A DNA stretch of 38,477 bases. Origin: Verrucomicrobiales bacterium. Lineage in GTDB: Bacteria; Verrucomicrobiota; Verrucomicrobiia; Verrucomicrobiales; SLCJ01. Below are positions 37,239 through 38,477 of this stretch, piece after piece. Both the position numbers and the translations under genes were made by a program. Location: positions 1 through 38,477 of the forward strand of contig JBJTQJ010000038.1 of assembly GCA_046075565.1 (NCBI GenBank), read 5' to 3'. Position 1 is the stretch's first letter, and every line of letters starts with the position of its first letter. The notes beneath the pieces are model-generated. The model had not been told where the DNA came from. It searched no databases and saw only the letters and a list, made by a program, of their open reading frames with translations.

Positions 37239-37883
37239 TCAAGTAGTCCGCAGCAAATCCAGGATCCACTCGGCATCGGTTTCAGATTCCTGGTGCAGGA
37301 TGTCCTGCAACACCGGGATTTGTAGCCACTCCTCCAGGATGGCGCGGTTGGTGATGGAGGCAGTGTCGCGTTCATCCGCGAGGTGGTTGAGGATCAGACC
37401 GGCGCATTTCAGGCCCCGGGCGCGGATGGCATTGACGGTAAGGATGGTGTGATTGAGGGCACCGAGGCGGTTGTCGACCACGACGACGACCGGTAGTTGG
37501 AGGTCGGCGGCCAGATCACCCACGGTGCGACCTGCCACCAGCGGCACCTCCCAACCTCCCGCACCTTCGACCAGCACGTGGTCGTAAGTCGCCGCCAGAT
37601 GGCGGAAACCCTCGATGGCCTTGCCGACATCCACCGTTGCGTGACCCAAACTCGTCGCCACGAACGGAGCCGCCGCCACGGGAAGAAAGATTGGATTGAT
37701 TTCATCCAGCGATGGACCGGGAAAGCCATCCGCCAGCAGGGCCTTGGCGTCGTCGCGGTCTCCACAGGCCACGGGTTTATAGCCGACGGCGCGGTGGCCG
37801 GCCGCGACAAGGGCCCGCAGCATCAGTCGAGTGACGAAGGTTTTCCCGACGTCGGTCCCGGTTCCGGTGATAAAGCAATGCAT
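37239..37883 (-). CDS. bioD: Dethiobiotin synthase
   Basis: FITGTGTDVGKT, GYKPVACG, LVEGAGG, LGALNHTILT. Confidence 0.95.
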   Translation of the reverse strand: MHCFITGTGTDVGKTFVTRLMLRALVAAGHRAVGYKPVACGDRDDAKALLADGFPGPSLDEINPIFLPVAAAPFVATSLGHATVDVGKAIEGFRHLAATYDHVLVEGAGGWEVPLVAGRTVGDLAADLQLPVVVVVDNRLGALNHTILTVNAIRARGLKCAGLILNHLADERDTASITNRAILEEWLQIPVLQDILHQESETDAEWILDLLRTT

Positions 37884-37924
37884 CCGGCACTTTTGGTCGG
37901 TATCGCCTCGGAAGCGAGCGGAAA

Positions 37925-38143
37925 TCACGGCATTCGACCTTGAGAATCGGAGGGCACTGCCGGTGCGGGGAGCGTTGGGGGCTTCTTTTCCTGCCGGCAG
38001 GCGCGCAAAGCCGAAATGCCAATCACCGCGGCGGCGAGAAACAGCGCGGCTCCGCCCAGACGATGCGCCAAAGGAGCCCGCGCGGCTTCGCCCAGCGGGT
38101 CGGGTTCCTTCCCGGAGGCGGAACGGCCGTCATCATTTGGCAT
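37925..38143 (-). CDS. Small hypothetical membrane protein
   Basis: 72-aa ORF with one hydrophobic segment, co-oriented between the photolyase gene and bioD. Confidence 0.35.
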   Translation of the reverse strand: MPNDDGRSASGKEPDPLGEAARAPLAHRLGGAALFLAAAVIGISALRACRQEKKPPTLPAPAVPSDSQGRMP

Positions 38144-38260
38144 GGTATTAGATCATTAGAGCTGAAACGAAGGAGGTAAAAGGGAAAGTCGCGGGAGGAT
38201 CTCGGCGGGGGTGGACCACAGCTATTCGCCGGGTCGTCGCTGAATTCGCTGGCATCTCTT

Positions 38261-38477
38261 TCACATGAGTCCGGCGAAGAATTCATCCGCATTCTTCCTG
38301 TGGGCATCAAGCTTGGCCGGATCCATGGAGCTAACCACGCGGGCCATCATGCCCATACGCGGGTTGGCAGCGAAAACATCGGCATAATCGGCGATGAAGG
38401 ACCAATAGAGACCGTCCCAAGCCGGACACCACGGGCCCTTTTTCCAGTCGCTCATTTTGAGGATGTAATTGGATCCG
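38261..38477 (-). CDS. Cryptochrome/photolyase family protein (FeS-BCP/PhrB-like), C-terminal part
   Basis: GSNYILKMSDW…WC..WDGLYW.FI…ANPRM C-terminal motifs; the 5' part lies beyond the window. Confidence 0.85.
   Translation of the reverse strand, partial: GSNYILKMSDWKKGPWCPAWDGLYWSFIADYADVFAANPRMGMMARVVSSMDPAKLDAHRKNADEFFAGLM

Overview
GC-rich bacterial chromosomal window. The gene style (many secreted carbohydrate-active proteins, DUF1080, sulfatase, large exoproteins ending in F[YF]R) suggests Verrucomicrobiota; this is an inference. From left to right: the right end of a probable IS1380-family element interrupting a carbamoyltransferase gene, an SGNH hydrolase, a TIM-barrel sugar isomerase with a LacI regulator, a P1B-4 metal ATPase, an OmpA-domain protein and a Gfo/Idh/MocA oxidoreductase. 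Next is a partial type II secretion/pseudopilus cluster (gspE-gspF-gspG-gspG'-[RAYT]-gspH-like), yjbQ and a FitA/VapC toxin-antitoxin pair. An accessory glycan/phosphate/sulfate block follows (TIM barrel, two DUF1080, amidohydrolase, ~1430-aa PhoD-like exoenzyme, amber-interrupted sulfatase, Tat Gfo/Idh/MocA). The window ends with ybbP-ybbA/tesA, prfC, a lipoprotein, a LamG-Ig-BNR4 exoprotein, bioD and the end of a photolyase/cryptochrome gene. Highlights: (1) a duplicated GspG head domain whose pilin N-terminus is replaced by an ordinary export signal; (2) a RAYT transposase inside the T2SS cluster, with its catalytic Tyr apparently changed to Asp and flanked by REP-containing direct repeats; (3) several distinct, covarying GTAG/GGAG REP hairpin families; (4) a shared C-terminal F[YF]R module on two large exoproteins. 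No rRNA, tRNA or CRISPR array was seen.
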